A stretch of 64,000 nucleotides of DNA. Source: an uncultured delta proteobacterium. Its GTDB lineage: Bacteria; Desulfobacterota; Syntrophobacteria; Syntrophobacterales; Syntrophobacteraceae. Positions 13,509 through 25,570 of the stretch are shown here, in pieces (position 1 is the stretch's first letter; each line of letters begins with the position of its first letter). The translations under genes and the position numbers were made by a program. The notes under the pieces were generated by a model, which did no database searches, was not told where the DNA came from, and saw nothing but the letters and a program-made list of their open reading frames with translations. The stretch spans positions 1 to 64,000 of the forward strand of contig CAWEHK010000022.1 in assembly GCA_963808625.1 (NCBI GenBank), written 5' to 3'.

Positions 13509-13760
13509 GATACCTATGAACGATGCTTCCTCCGTGACCAGGCCTTTGAACAGCGGGATGGGAAGGCGGCAGGGGAAGTCTATGCATTCGCCCGCGCCGC
13601 GGAATGGAAGGAGGGCGACTGGGAGGAGGGCTTGCGATAGGGGGCTGCCTGAAGCGCGCCCACAAGGTCAGTGCCGTAAGCAGCATGGATCGGCACCGCT
13701 GCGCTAATGAAGCCCGGCACCGGTTCGGAATCTTCCCGGTCTCATTACCGGAGACACGAC

Positions 13761-14876
13761 ATGAGAGACAAAGATAAAACCAAAGAGCAGCTCATCAGGG
13801 AATTGGCACTTTTGCGTCAAAGGGTCCATGAACTGGAGAAGGACAGGGGGGAGCGCAAGCTCGCGGACGAGGCCCTGCGGGAAAGCGAAGCCTGGTTTCG
13901 TGACCTGTTTGACCGTTCGCCCATCGGTATCTCCATTGCTCAAAAGGGCAAAACGCTGCTTTACAATAAGGCCGGTTTGCACATGTTCGGGTACGACGAC
14001 TGTTCCGAAATCGCCGGGACGTCCCCACTCAGTCGCATTGCCCCTCACTGTCGTGATGAAATTGCGGAATACATAAGGAGACGTGAACGGGGAGAAGCCG
14101 TACCGGGCATTTATGAAACGGAAGGGATGAGAAAAGACGGCTCGATCTTCCATCTCCACATTCAAGCTACCAGCATCCAGCTGGCAGACGGGCCGGCCAC
14201 TGTAGCCTTTTTCACCGATATCACCAGACGCAGGGTTGCGGAAGAGGAACTGGGCAGATACCGCGCTCGCCTCGAGGATCTGGTGAAAGAGCGGACCAGC
14301 GAGTTGTCGAAAGCCAACGAGGAGTTGAACCGTTTGCTTGACAGACACCGGTTGGCGGAAGAAGAGGTTAGGAAGCGCGAGGAGTTTCTCACCGCGATTG
14401 TCGAGAATATTCCGGACATGATCTTCGTGAAGGATGCCGAGGAACTTCGCTTCGTGCGCTTCAACAGAGCGGGGGAAGATCTTCTGGGGTACTCGAGAGA
14501 AGAGTTGCTCGGCAAAAACGACTATGACTTCTTCCCTGGGAGTGAGGCGGACTTTTTTACGGCAAAAGACCGGGAAGTTATCCGCAGCGGGCATTTGCTC
14601 GATATTCCCGAGGAAACCATCGACACCAGGCGCAAGGGCAGAAGGATCCTGCACACCAAGAAAATACCGATTGCGGACAGCGAAGGGAATGCTCAATACC
14701 TTCTGGGGATATCCGAAGACATCACCGAACGCAAAGTCGTGGAACTCCCCCGGTTTTTGCTCATGCTGCCCGGTTGTTCGTCCAAGAAACTTCCTCGGCT
14801 CCTCCAAGCTAACGACAGCACTTCACAAAAGGGCCTCCGAATTCCGATCGTCATATCGACGAAAACCGGTGTCTAA
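13761..14876 (+). pseudogene. PAS-PAS sensor protein lacking its output domain
   Basis: MRDKDKTKEQLI leader, two PAS/PAC domains (RKDGS, DITxR); sensor-like sequence stops after EDITERK (~14740). Confidence 0.75.
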
Positions 14877-14934
14877 GCAATTTCTTTGAATTTCAGGTCA
14901 AACCCGGAATGACAGACCGAGCACACGGTTGGTT

Positions 14935-15580
14935 GGAGACGTCATTTTGTGGAGCTGCACTCAGTACGAAATCAAGCAAAACCGTCATGAGAATCACACC
15001 TTGCGAGACGAAGACGAAGTCAGGCGTGGAGAACTTTAAGCAGGACGGGAGCCAAGGTCCCTAAGCGCCAGATTATCGAGCAGACTGTTGAAGTGGCGCG
15101 AGACTTATATGCCTTCTGCAACCTTCCGGGACAACTGGAGGAAATCTCGGATTTGCTGATCATCACCCTAGATGGCAAAGGAATCGTGATCCGCCTGGAA
15201 GACCTTCGGCCAGCCACGCAAAAGGCCGCAGCAAAACAAGACGATTCCTGCGGAGTGCATCTGAGTTCCGGTGAAAAGCCCAACTGCTGGCGCACGAATC
15301 CTTTCTCGTCGATGGATTGCCGATTGCGTCGGGAGTGATCAAAGGGGCGTGCCGTCATCTGATCAAAGACCGTCTGGATCGCACGGGAGCCCGCGGGCGA
15401 CTTAAAAGCGCCGAAGCGATCATCCGTATCAGGTCGCTGCGCTCCAGTGGCGATTCAATGCCTACTGGGAATTTCATCGGACCCAGGAGCTCCACCGTAA
15501 CCACCCCTGTCGCTATGCGGCAGCAGCTTGAGGCTTAAGTATTGGCATGGACGTCGTTCCAAAAGATCTGCCCCTCTACC
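14935..15580 (+). mobile_element. ISKra4-family transposase remnant
   Basis: ITLDGKGIVIRLEDLRPAT and PIASGVIKGACRHLIKDRLDRTGAR..LKSAEA..RSL..SGD; terminal-like GTCGTTCCAAAAGATCTGCCCC at ~15553-15575. Confidence 0.75.
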
Positions 15581-15946
15581 TATTTTTGATACATGAAAAT
15601 ACTGCCTTACATCCAGGAAAATACTTCATCGACCTACCTTCATTTGGTGCCAAGAGACGATAAGAAGAAAACGAAAGAATCGCTTCAAGAGACCATCTTG
15701 CATCTTATCCTTTAGCGCGGTGAGCCATGAACGCAAAGTTGATCACATCTTGCCTGACAGGACTCCAAGGCCCTGTCGGGCTACTCAGAAGACTCCAGGA
15801 AATACCTGGCTCGTAAGCTATCACCGTAACGGCTCACGGACCAAAGTGTCCGTTAGTACAACTGACTATGCGGGAGGTGTTGAGCAGGAAATGAGGCACG
15901 ACGCTCAACAAATAGTCTCCACCTGATGAAAAGGGAGGGACAGAAC

Positions 15947-17005
15947 ATGAAAAAGATCCTTCTTCGACTGCTTTTGATTGGTGTTCTGGCGGCAGGCTCT
16001 GCCTTGCCAGAGTTGGCTCTGGCTATTATGTATTCCCCAATAATACCAGACACAGATACCGTCATCCTGGATCACCTGGATGGGAGTTCGATAGGAACTC
16101 CATTCAATGTGGCCTTTACGGAGAGCTTGCCCGGACTGGGCGAGGCAGGCAATTTACCCCAGTCGTCCTACATCAAATATCGCTCATCCGCAAATCTCAG
16201 CGCTAACGGAACCATTGAGCTCTGGGTATACGCGAGGGCGGCCGATGTGAACCTGGTAAATTTCAACTGGAACGATGTTCCATCGAATCCCCCTGCCGGA
16301 CACGTCCTCCACTTTGTAATAAGGAGTGGGAAGATAGGCGTGGGCGGTTGGCCTTGGAATGACCCCAACGGCTTTTTCAGCAACTCGACGGTCCCCGTCT
16401 GCCAGTGGACCCATATTGCACTCACCTGGGGATCAAACATTCAGATCTATATAAACGGACAACTTGATGCGCAGAGCACTTTCCCTTTCAATCCTTCCGC
16501 CGGTTCAGGTACATTCATTTATTTGAACTACTGGGGAGAACAAGACCTGGGATACGTTGATGATCTCCACATCTCCAAAGTAAGACGGACAGCGGCTGAG
16601 ATAGAATCTCGTGTGGCGAATACTGATCAAGATGACGATGGTATCACGGATAGCCTCGACAACTGTCCGCTGGTATTCAATCCTGATCAGGCGGATACTG
16701 ATGGTGATGGTCTGGGGGATGTTTGCGATGATGACGATGGTGATGGCGTTGTGAACGCAAGCGATCTGTGTGAGTTCACAGTTCCTGGCGAAACGGTCGA
16801 TCCTGCCACGGGTTGCTCCATTTCGCAGCTGTGCCCGTGCGCGGGTTCGCGTGGCGCCACAGCACCCTGGAAGAATCACGGCCAGTATGTTTCCTGTGTC
16901 GCAAAGGTTGCCAACGAATTCGTGGCTCAGGACCTCATCGATAAGTGGGAAAAAGATTTGATCGTATCGGCAGCTGCTCGCTCGGCTTGCGGAGCAAAGA
17001 AATAG
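15947..17005 (+). CDS. Secreted LamG-like jellyroll protein with thrombospondin type-3 repeats
   Basis: Signal peptide; GTIELW, WTHIALTW, IYINGQL, VDDLHIS; DxDxDGITDSLDNCPLVFNPDQADTDGDGLGDVCD; WKNHGQYVSCV tail. Confidence 0.85.
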   Translation: MKKILLRLLLIGVLAAGSALPELALAIMYSPIIPDTDTVILDHLDGSSIGTPFNVAFTESLPGLGEAGNLPQSSYIKYRSSANLSANGTIELWVYARAADVNLVNFNWNDVPSNPPAGHVLHFVIRSGKIGVGGWPWNDPNGFFSNSTVPVCQWTHIALTWGSNIQIYINGQLDAQSTFPFNPSAGSGTFIYLNYWGEQDLGYVDDLHISKVRRTAAEIESRVANTDQDDDGITDSLDNCPLVFNPDQADTDGDGLGDVCDDDDGDGVVNASDLCEFTVPGETVDPATGCSISQLCPCAGSRGATAPWKNHGQYVSCVAKVANEFVAQDLIDKWEKDLIVSAAARSACGAKK

Positions 17006-17215
17006 GCTCTTTCGTCGGCAAACCACAACGCAATTGAAACTGAACGAAGGCAGGGTCTGGAACGATCCTGCCTTGTGCTTTTGATTTATTTCCCACGCTA
17101 ACAGCCGTTGTTTGAGCTCCGGTTCGCAAAGCGAGCCCTGGGCGTTCAGGCAAAGTCATGAAAATCGAAGGGCAGACCCCCGATGGGCCTGCCTTCCTGG
17201 TCTTGCCGCAGGGGT

Positions 17216-17529
17216 TAAGCCGCCTTCATGAACTCACTCTCGGGTTCGTGATAAACGGGGTGTCCCATCTCTTCAAAAGAGAAGCTCGCAAACGCCCGGT
17301 GCCCATCATCGTCCAATACTCGGAGATCATCGGTTTCATGGAGATCCCCCATGATAACCGAAAAGAGCGTGCCGTAGCGAATCCTGACCGTCTCCAGCGG
17401 AAGTTCATAGCCGATTCCCGCGCATTTCTGCGGAATCTTCCCGGGATCGTGTTGTCACTCTTTCTGCATGAACTGCTCAAACGGCAAGATCAACGAATCC
17501 GGATGGTACCGCCTGGGCATCTTTGTCAT
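17216..17529 (-). pseudogene. Small hypothetical protein, disrupted
   Basis: Protein-like reading (MTKMPRRYHPDSLILPFEQFM...DLHETDDLRVLDDDGHRAF...MKAA*) broken by a TGA and a frameshift. Confidence 0.4.
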
Positions 17530-17539
17530 GCTGCCTTGC

Positions 17540-17752
17540 TCATACTCCAGAAACCGGAGTGAGCCTGGCAAATTCTTCAAAAGAGACCGGGGCCTTCCCG
17601 GTCACTTTTCGCACATCGTCGGTGACGCGCGTTATCGCGCCACGCCGCACAGCAGCGTAGAGAAGCGCCAGATACTGGACGGCGCTTTCCGGAATGCCCT
17701 GCCCTCGCGCGCCCTCGAGCATGGCATCCTCAGGGAGAGCATGGTAGGTCAC
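17540..17752 (-). pseudogene. NmrA/SDR-like oxidoreductase C-terminal remnant
   Basis: VTDDVRKVTGKAPVSFEEFAR motif. Confidence 0.55.
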
Positions 17753-17863
17753 CGTCGTTCGCGGATCAAAGGTACGGGTTGCTGCAAGCTTTTGGTCTCC
17801 ATTGCTGAATTAGAACGTCAACTCCCCGAGGAAAGGGAGGCGGGAGGAAAAGCCCATGTCAAC

Positions 17864-19565
17864 TCAGGCTTTCAAGAGCCTCTTACCACAGTCATCGTCA
17901 GCGATGATCACCTGGTATGAGTATCCCTGCTCGGTCAGGAAGAGCTTGCGGTGGTGGGCAAATTCCTCCTCGCGGGTGTCGCGCGAGACGAGCGTGAAGA
18001 AGTGGGCTGAACGGCCGTCGGCCTTGGGGCGCAGGATGCGGCCGAGCCGCTGGGCCTCCTCCTGGCGCGAGCCGAACATGCCCGAGACCTGGATGAGCAC
18101 GTCGGCGTCCGGCAGGTCGATGGCGAAGTTTCCGACCTTGGAGAGGACGATGCAGTGCAGTTCGCTGCGGCGGAAGCGCTCGTAAGTCTCTTCCCGATCG
18201 GCCTGCGGCGTCTTGCCGGAAACCAGGGGCGCGCCGATCTCCCCGGCGATCATCTCGACTTGCGCGAGGTACTCGCCGATTACGAGAACGCGGCCGTTCT
18301 TGTGTTGTTCGAGCAGTTGCCGCAGTCGCGTCAGCTTGGCGGGGTTCTCGGCCGCGATCCGGAACTGCGCTCGCCGGTCCGCAAGGGCATACGCCATTCT
18401 GCGCTCCGAGCTCATGGGTACGCGAACCTCGATGCAGGTCGCGGCCGCGATCCATGCCTGGTGTTCGAGGTCCTTCCAGGGCACATCAAATCGTTTGGGG
18501 CCGATGAGTGCGAACACGTCGCCCTCACGGCCGTCTTCGCGGAGCAACGTGGCCGTGAGGCCGAGCCGGCGGCGGGCCTGCAGCTCGGCCGTTGCCCGGA
18601 ACACCGGAGCGGGCAGCAAGTGGACTTCGTCGTAGATGATGAGCCCCCAGGGACGTGCCCGGAACAACTCGAGGTGAGGGAACTCGCCGTCTCGGTCCGC
18701 GCGCCAGGTCAACATCTGGTAGGTGGTCAGGGTTACGGGTCCGGTGTTCTTCTGTTCGCCCGTGTACTCGGCGATGTCGTCGGACCGCAGCGAGGTCTTG
18801 TCACAGAGCTCGCGCCGCCATTGCTTGACCGCGGTCAGGCTGGTGGTGAGCACCAGGGTCGTCTGGCCGACGAGCGCCATGGCAGCGAGGCCGACGACCG
18901 TCTTGCCGGCCCCGCACGGGAGGACGATGACGCCGCTGCCGCCGCGCTCGGAGCCGGCGACGAAGAACGATTCGGCCGCCAGCCTCTGGTACTCGCGAAC
19001 GACGAAGGGCGCGCCGGAGGCCATGTGATTCCGGAGTGTGATCGCAAGAGCATCGCCACTGGCGTATCCAGCGAGGTCCTCGGCGGGATAGCCGGCCGCA
19101 ACCAGCGCCTGTTTCAGCACCCCTCGCCGACCTGGGTCGACGCGGAAGCTGGTTGGTGTCGAGGCGATCCTGGAGGTAAGCCCCGACCGTGCGGTCCCGG
19201 TGCAGAAGCTCGGCCGTCGCCTCGTCGGCGCAGGTGCATCGCAGCAGTTCGCCGTCGCGGGTGATGACGACGCGGCCAAAACGGTTTGCCAGCTCGAGAA
19301 TCTCCTCCTCGACGCTCGTGGGCACCGGGTACCGGGCATGCTCCCTCAGCGCCGCCACCATCTTCTCGGCAGGCAGGCCCGCGGCCCGGGCGTTCCAGAT
19401 GGACAGCGGCGTCAGCCGATAGGTGTGGACATGCTCAGGGCTCTTCACCAGCTCCGCGAACGGGGCCAGCGCTGCCCTGGCTTCCCCGGCGCGTGGTGCG
19501 TGGACTTCCAGCAGGACGCTGCAATCGCTCTGCACGATCAGAGCGTTGTCGGGAGACACGCTCAC
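17864..19565 (-). CDS. XPB/Rad25-like SF2 DNA helicase (one frameshift near 19150)
   Basis: N-terminal LIVQSD..VLLEV..ELVKSPEHVHTYRLTPLSIWNA; SGVIVLPCGAGKT, DEVH, LGLTAT, SGMFGSRQEEAQRLGRILRPK. Confidence 0.92.
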
Positions 19566-19569
19566 CTGG

Positions 19570-21480
19570 TCAGACCTTCGCCGCTTGCGACACAGTCTTT
19601 TCCGCAGCTGTCATGCGGCGGGGCTTCACCGGTTGGGCTTGCCCCATGGCCAGGAGGTAGCCGACTTCGCGCAGGCTGCGCTTGAATGCCGCCTCCGATG
19701 ATGCCGGCACCACCAGGTGTTGCTCTCCAGCTCGCAGGCAGTGCTTGCGCGTGCGTGAGTCATTGGCGATGAGGGCCGCCAGAGCGGCATCAGCGCATTC
19801 GATGAGGCGTGCAAGGCCGCAGTCGTGGACCTTCGCGCTCCGACCGGCGACATCCTCGAGGAGACGCAGCACCGTGTCCGGAATGGTGGCGCCGCTGCGG
19901 GCGGTGAGGAACTCTCTGATCTCATCGACCGTGCGGCCCTTTTCGATGGCTGCGAGCAGGTTGCCGGGATCCAGTCGCCAGACGAGGTCGGAGACCTTGA
20001 TGGCGTAAGCATCAAGCGCGAGCCGGTCACCCTGTTCGAGCTCCGCGCCGATGGCCGCGACTTCGAGGTTGGGGAGCACGCGCAGGACCGGCCTGACCTC
20101 GACAGGCGCCGGCCGATAGGTCGAAGCGGCCCCCAGGCAATAGGCCCCGAGGGGCGTGATGCGAAAGTACATCAGCCCGTCATAGCGGCTGAAGTAGACG
20201 AGATCGTCGGTACCCCAGAGGCTGCCGTAGTTGTTGCGCGCCCCGGCGGGAGGAATGAGCGCAACATCGATCAGACCAAGGGTTGCCGCATATTCGAGCA
20301 GAAATGCCAGGAGATAGCGTTCCTCGAGAATGCGCTCGCCGTTCTCGTAGCCGAGCGATCCGTACTGCAGTTCGCCGATGTAGAGGTTCCAGGCGTTGCG
20401 CGTCACCGCAAAAACCCTGCCCGAAGCACGCAGGAAGCGGAAGAACTCGTCGGTCGAGATCCACATGCCAGCCGGGCAACCGGCGAGGCGTTCTGGCGAT
20501 TGCCTCTCGCCTTGAAGAGACGGCGGTAAGTCCTTGCTTGCCCTTGCCCGTCTGCCCCTTGACGCATTCGATGCGGGAGAGCTCATCAAGGATCGTGCCT
20601 TTGAGCCACTTGGACCAGAGAGTCCGGATGGTCTCCGCAGGCGGCGCCGACAAGGCCTTTCGTCCAGCCTTGGTGAGCTGCAGCTTCGAGCCCGAGAGCT
20701 CTGCGAGCCCGCCCGCCTGGACGATGAGCGGCCAGGCGAAAGCACGGATTGGTCCGGCGTTCTCGTCGTCCCATTTGTTCGTCACCGGGAGGGGTGGGTA
20801 GTAGTCGCCTCCCTCGAGGATTTCCGTGATCGCCGCAACGGTCGCCGCCGATGGCCGTCGCGTCTTGTCGCTCACCGAAACCCTGCCCGAGTCGATCAGG
20901 CGCAGGACCGAGAGGAGCTCCTGCTGGGCCGGACGTTCCGTTTCGTGAACCTTGAGCGGGACCTCCTCGGTCCCCTCTTCCATGGTCCTGGTTTTGGAGT
21001 TCCAGCGGGAGTAAGGCCGGTCGTGGGCTGCGGGGAGCACCGCGAGCGTCTTGACTTTCGCCTCGGCAGGTCTCGGCACAAAGGCCTTGAGCCGCGCTTT
21101 GAGGTCATCGGGCATCACCCCGTTGCCGTAAAAGAAGAAGCCAAGGGCCGACGGGCTTTCTGGGGTATCCATACTTGTCCGTGGCGCCCCAGTCGGGATC
21201 TCGCCCGTACTTGGCGCGAAACCGATCGGCGGGGAAATCCGGCGAATTCGAATGGACTACTTCGGCCACCGCCGCTTGCTGCAGCTCATCGAGGCCCTGC
21301 CAGACCCTGCGCAGCTTCTCGCCCTCAAGGTGCCGGATGATCAGTGCGGCGAGGTCGGCTCTTGCGCGTGGGTAGGCTTTCCTTGGTAAGCGCGGCCAGC
21401 CGCTTGAGATCGTCTACGCTCATGGTCTCGGACAGGGCCATCTCGAGGGTGGGGATGCCGCCGTCAACGTTGTGTCTCAT
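19570..21480 (-). CDS. Large XPB-partner protein with a C-terminal helicase-associated (Helicase_C_3-like) domain; frameshifted
   Basis: Contiguous coding across ORFs 21325-21480, 20180-21172 and 19570-20745; VLPNLEV...WRLDPGNLLAAIEKGRTVDEIREFL...IPDTV; ATGA overlap with the upstream gene. Confidence 0.8.
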
Positions 21481-21800
21481 CGTGCTGTCTCCTTGACCCG
21501 CTCCTGTTTGGCGGCCCTGCGGGCCTCCTTCTTTTCCTGCTGGTGACGAGCCCATTCCTCGATTGACATTGCGGCATCGGGAGCCGTCTTACCGAATCGC
21601 TTGAGGTAGAGCTCCTCGATGAATTGCGGAAGGGGTAGCTTCCAGGGCTCCTGCTTGTGGTTGTCGAGCTTGCCGAGCTTCGCCGGGTTCATCCCGAGCT
21701 CGCGCGCCATCTGGACCTGGGTATGGGACAGGTGGTGACGCTCGCGTGCGTCGATCCACGCCTGCAGTTTCCGGTTCGGCTTCTTCGTCTTTGCGATCAT
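21477..21800 (-). CDS. Small basic hypothetical protein (HTH-like)
   Basis: Intact 107-aa ORF coupled to both neighbours; QMARELGMNPAKL..LDNHKQEPWKLPLPQFI. Confidence 0.75.
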   Translation of the reverse strand: MIAKTKKPNRKLQAWIDARERHHLSHTQVQMARELGMNPAKLGKLDNHKQEPWKLPLPQFIEELYLKRFGKTAPDAAMSIEEWARHQQEKKEARRAAKQERVKETAR

Positions 21801-21804
21801 CGCC

Positions 21805-23043
21805 TCATCTCTTCTTCTGGTGTTCTTCCCAGGCGGTCTTCGCCCGCATCTCGTCGATCAGGAAGCGCGCACCCTGGTTGTCCGAAGGGTTGAGCCAAAG
21901 CATCCGCTCGAAGACCCGCTTGGCTTCCTCGAACCGCGAGAGGCGCCAGAGGCACAGGCCGTAACCGTGGAGGCATCGCAGGAACGGACGGTTGTCGATA
22001 TGCCCCCACGGCAGGAGGCCATCGAAGTCCGGCGGCAGGGAGAGTTCGCCGATGCGGACGCCGACCTCGTAGTGGCGGATCGCGTCCTCGGCTTTGTAAT
22101 CGAAGGCCAGGTTGCCGAGGTGGGCGTGAGCATCCAGACAACGCAGGTCGGCCTGGCAGAGCTCCATCAGGGTGCTGCGGGCGGCCTCAAGGTCGCCGGC
22201 GTCCATGAGCTCGTTGGCTTCGCCGATCGGATCGGAGTCGAAGTCGTTGGGGTCCCATCCCGGGAGGACCTGCTCCATTTCGAACGCCCGCCGGGGACCG
22301 CGAGCGATGATCGGTTTGGCCCACTCCTCCACCGGCTCATCCTCCTCGCCCCAGTAGTGCTCGTCGGGCGTCCACATCCCCTGGTCCTCGAGCTTGAGCG
22401 GCACGAGGCCCAGCGCGACCACGTCGAGCCGTGTGGACTCGATCTCTCCGGACAGATAAGGGTGACCGGCGTAGCTCCATTGTTTGCGCGGCTTCACCAC
22501 CACAACCTCGCCTGGAACGACGGCCCACAGGCGACTCGCGCGCAGCGTGATAACGCGATCGCTCCCGACGAGCCTGCAACGCGCCGAGCTCTCTTTGTTC
22601 GAGAGGACGACCAGCTCGATGGGTCGGCTCAAGTCGAGGTCCGTCGCGGCGACCTTGTGCTGGCGCTTGCGGCGGTGGGGAGGACCGGCTTGCTCGGGCA
22701 GGGGATCGAGGCCCAGCCACTTACGGTAGGCCGCCAGGAACTGGCCTCCCCCGGATCGCGGCGCGAGCATGATTTCGGACGCCGCGACCAGGTGCTCCGA
22801 GCCGTCTTCCCGCAGGCAACGCGCAACAAGGCCACGTCGCGGGTTGCCGTCGTAGTCGAGGGCGATCACCGACACGGGTTCCCCGATGACGAACGCGTCG
22901 CACGGCAGCTCCAGGCCTTCCTCCAGTGCAGCGAGAAAGGCCCAGAGCTGCTCGTCATCGCCATGGGCATCGACGGTGATCTCCGCAATCAGCTCTTCCA
23001 GGTCAGCCGCGCGGTCGCCAGCCTCCCTTTTTGTTCTCTTCAT
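21805..23043 (-). CDS. CcbP-like N-terminal domain plus TPR/ST7-like domain protein
   Basis: EITVDAHGDDEQLWAF...LELPCDAFVIG; LDAHAHLGN, NRPFLR, LWLNPSDNQGARFL. Confidence 0.75.
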   Translation of the reverse strand: MKRTKREAGDRAADLEELIAEITVDAHGDDEQLWAFLAALEEGLELPCDAFVIGEPVSVIALDYDGNPRRGLVARCLREDGSEHLVAASEIMLAPRSGGGQFLAAYRKWLGLDPLPEQAGPPHRRKRQHKVAATDLDLSRPIELVVLSNKESSARCRLVGSDRVITLRASRLWAVVPGEVVVVKPRKQWSYAGHPYLSGEIESTRLDVVALGLVPLKLEDQGMWTPDEHYWGEEDEPVEEWAKPIIARGPRRAFEMEQVLPGWDPNDFDSDPIGEANELMDAGDLEAARSTLMELCQADLRCLDAHAHLGNLAFDYKAEDAIRHYEVGVRIGELSLPPDFDGLLPWGHIDNRPFLRCLHGYGLCLWRLSRFEEAKRVFERMLWLNPSDNQGARFLIDEMRAKTAWEEHQKKR

Positions 23044-24327
23044 CTCTTTCCCCCTGCTGCTCGCTCCAGCGATCCCGGGTTCGGTCGGAGTGTGAGGCTC
23101 TTCGCTCCGCCGGCATGGATTTCAATCTCCAGTGGCAACCGCATCACCTGCCTTAATCGCTCAACTAGTATTGCCGGCCAGTCCGGTCTCTTTCGCACAG
23201 GTTTGAAATAAAGCGACTTCGCCGATTGAGCCGATGAGAATGCGTTCATCCACTACCGCCATGCGGCCGACTCGGACCAAGCTTGCAGCCCTCAGTCCAG
23301 ATGCAAAGAAGTCGGCAGCATCTTGATCAATTATTTCATCAAATCCTTCACCGCAGGGCCTGATTTGCGATGAAAGGAGAAATAGTCTTTACCTGCGGTG
23401 TGCCCAAATTACAGCTGATGAGAGTTTTGTCAACAGAATAGGACACCGTTATACGATGCCGGCCGCCCAGGCGGAGAACTCGATGGTGGTGAGTTGGAGC
23501 TTACCTTCCGCACCCAAATTGATGGGATAGTGGGTATTTTTCAGGCCCACCTCGCGGTGGTGGTCATCCGGCCCTGGGTTGCTCGGTAAAGATGGCTGGT
23601 TTGAAGCCAAGGGCTTGCAACCATTGAAGCTGAATGGGATTCAATGGCCGGTTAAGCCTCCGTTGAGAACCGACCCTTAGAGCGTGTCCGAAAAGTTCCC
23701 CTGCGTCATTCCTACGAAAGTAGAAATTTATCATGGCAAATCAATGATTTATAGATTCTATTTTTTTTGAAGCCAAGTTGTATGCCAATTTTACTTTCAT
23801 TGAACGGGGTGTAAGCCCCTTGCATGAAGATTCCGGCGAAAGCCGGAATGCAGGATATCAAGACCTTGCATATCCTGAGTAAATGGGGCATTAGGCGACC
23901 TCCCCGGCGTAAGCGTGACCGCCCTGTCCTGCTTCGACAGAGTAGGTTGCACGCCCCCGGGTTGCTCTTCGAGATCCTTCAGGATTGCTTCACATGCTTG
24001 TGGCCGGTGATCAAAGCCAGAAGGATAAATAAGCCGCCGCGCGGGGACCTTTTGGGTCAACCGGGAAAAAGAGTCCAGGCGACGCGACGACATCTCGGGG
24101 ATTGGGGTTGAATCAAAGATGAGGTTGCGCTATCCTTTTATGCCGTGGGTTTGGTTGTAAGCTATTAGAGGAATTGGTAAAATTGAGAAGACTCGAGCAG
24201 GGGTTGCGACATTTCACCGGTGGTCTGTTTGCGCAAACTTGTTCCTGTGCCGCCGGTTTACAGCATACGGCGAAGCAATCATTTAGTCTTTGTGCCAGGG
24301 ATTCATTTCGTTCGTGGAGGTCGTCTG

Positions 24328-24831
24328 ATGGAGGTTGGCAAAGATACGTTCGTCATTATTGAATACCGAGTTCATCTCGTTGACGGGTCCTATGTGAAAG
24401 GCGAAAACGGGCCGATTTCCATGAACTTCATCGTTGGGTATGAGCAGGTGCTCCCTGGTCTTGAGAGAAGGCTGGTCGGTCTTGGCGAGGGAGTCGAGGT
24501 CGCATTTGTGATCCCTGCGCCCGAGGCCTTCGGCCATCACGACGCCTCCCAGGTTCATGTCAGGACTTTTGAGGAGTTTCCTGAAGGGCGGTCACAGGAA
24601 CCAGGGAAGTGGATCATCGCCACCAGTGAGCAAACACAGGCCCAATATGGCTACTACGTAAAGGAAAAAAGCGGAGAGACCATAACTCTCGATTTCAACC
24701 ATCCACTCGCCGGAAAAGATCTCTGCTACGAGGTTAAAATAGTGAGCGTGCGACCTGCACTGAAGGAGGAACTGGCGTATCTGCGCCCGTGTGAGCACCA
24801 GGAAGATTCCGCTCCGCGTGAGGAAGATTAA
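24328..24831 (+). CDS. slyD: FKBP-type peptidyl-prolyl isomerase (SlyD-like)
   Basis: VLPGLERRLVGL, PEAFG, LDFNHPLAGKDL; RBS GGAGG. Confidence 0.9.
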   Translation: MEVGKDTFVIIEYRVHLVDGSYVKGENGPISMNFIVGYEQVLPGLERRLVGLGEGVEVAFVIPAPEAFGHHDASQVHVRTFEEFPEGRSQEPGKWIIATSEQTQAQYGYYVKEKSGETITLDFNHPLAGKDLCYEVKIVSVRPALKEELAYLRPCEHQEDSAPREED

Positions 24832-24977
24832 GACATCGCCGCATGAATGAGTGTCCGAAGTCAGGTCTGCCATACCAGTGAAAGCCGTTATCCGGGTAGC
24901 CTCCCCAGATTCAGGTTCTCACCGAAATGACGCGTTAGGATTAAGGTCATTTTATTGTGTGAGCCAGTACTCAGGAA

Positions 24978-25057
24978 TTCACCGCAGAGCACGCTGAGGT
25001 CGCAGAGAAATCTCATAATTGCAGAGTGAAATCTCTCTGGATACTCTCTGCGGTGAA
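24978..25057. repeat. Palindromic intergenic repeat (ACCGCAGAG...CTCTGCGGT family)
   Basis: TTCACCGCAGAG / CTCTGCGGTGAA; related copy at 52657-52911. Confidence 0.8.
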
Positions 25058-25179
25058 CAAAGAAACAATTCATCCTGAATCGGTATTGTTGGTCGTAGCG
25101 TAATTCGGGGCGTTCCGCAGGCGCGTAAGTGTGAATGGCTTGCGGAGGATGGCCGGGAATGGTTTGTTGACAAAATTGG

Positions 25180-25518
25180 TCAGGGGTTCTTGTCAACTTG
25201 GTGCTGATACCAATTGCAGAATTGCAGGATCGTTTGCGCTCGGGCTTCACTCTGAAGGAGGCCCTTGCAGAGCTCGAAGAGGTCCTTGAAGAGCTCAGGC
25301 GATTCCCGGTTGGCATGATGATGTTGGAGGAATTCCTTTACGAGGGCCGCAGCTTTGAGTGAGGCAGACCCGTAGATTCTTTCGCGGGGATCCTTGGGTT
25401 CCTGGAAAGGGTCCCAATTTTCATAACCGATCCTCAAAATACGTTCCTGCCCCCGCTTGGACATTCCGTCAAAGATGGCCTTTTTCCTGAGTTCTATCTC
25501 TCTTTGGTCATAGGTCAT
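25180..25518 (-). CDS. Hypothetical protein
   Basis: Intact ORF with RBS GGAG; RKKAIFDGMSKRGQERILRIGYENWDPFQEPKDP. Confidence 0.75.
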   Translation of the reverse strand: MTYDQREIELRKKAIFDGMSKRGQERILRIGYENWDPFQEPKDPRERIYGSASLKAAALVKEFLQHHHANRESPELFKDLFELCKGLLQSEARAQTILQFCNWYQHQVDKNP

Positions 25519-25570
25519 ATGCTGCTTTCTCCACGAAAAGGATGGCGAGGTCCGGTGCGGTCGGCGATGC

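Noticed and set aside
17094..17152. Possible attC site (GCTAAC...GTTCAGG)
   Set aside because: The core sites do not pair properly and there is no integrase or second copy.
23772..23789. Sigma54-like TGGCAT-N5-TTGG on the minus strand
   Set aside because: The -12 element is imperfect and no clear gene follows.
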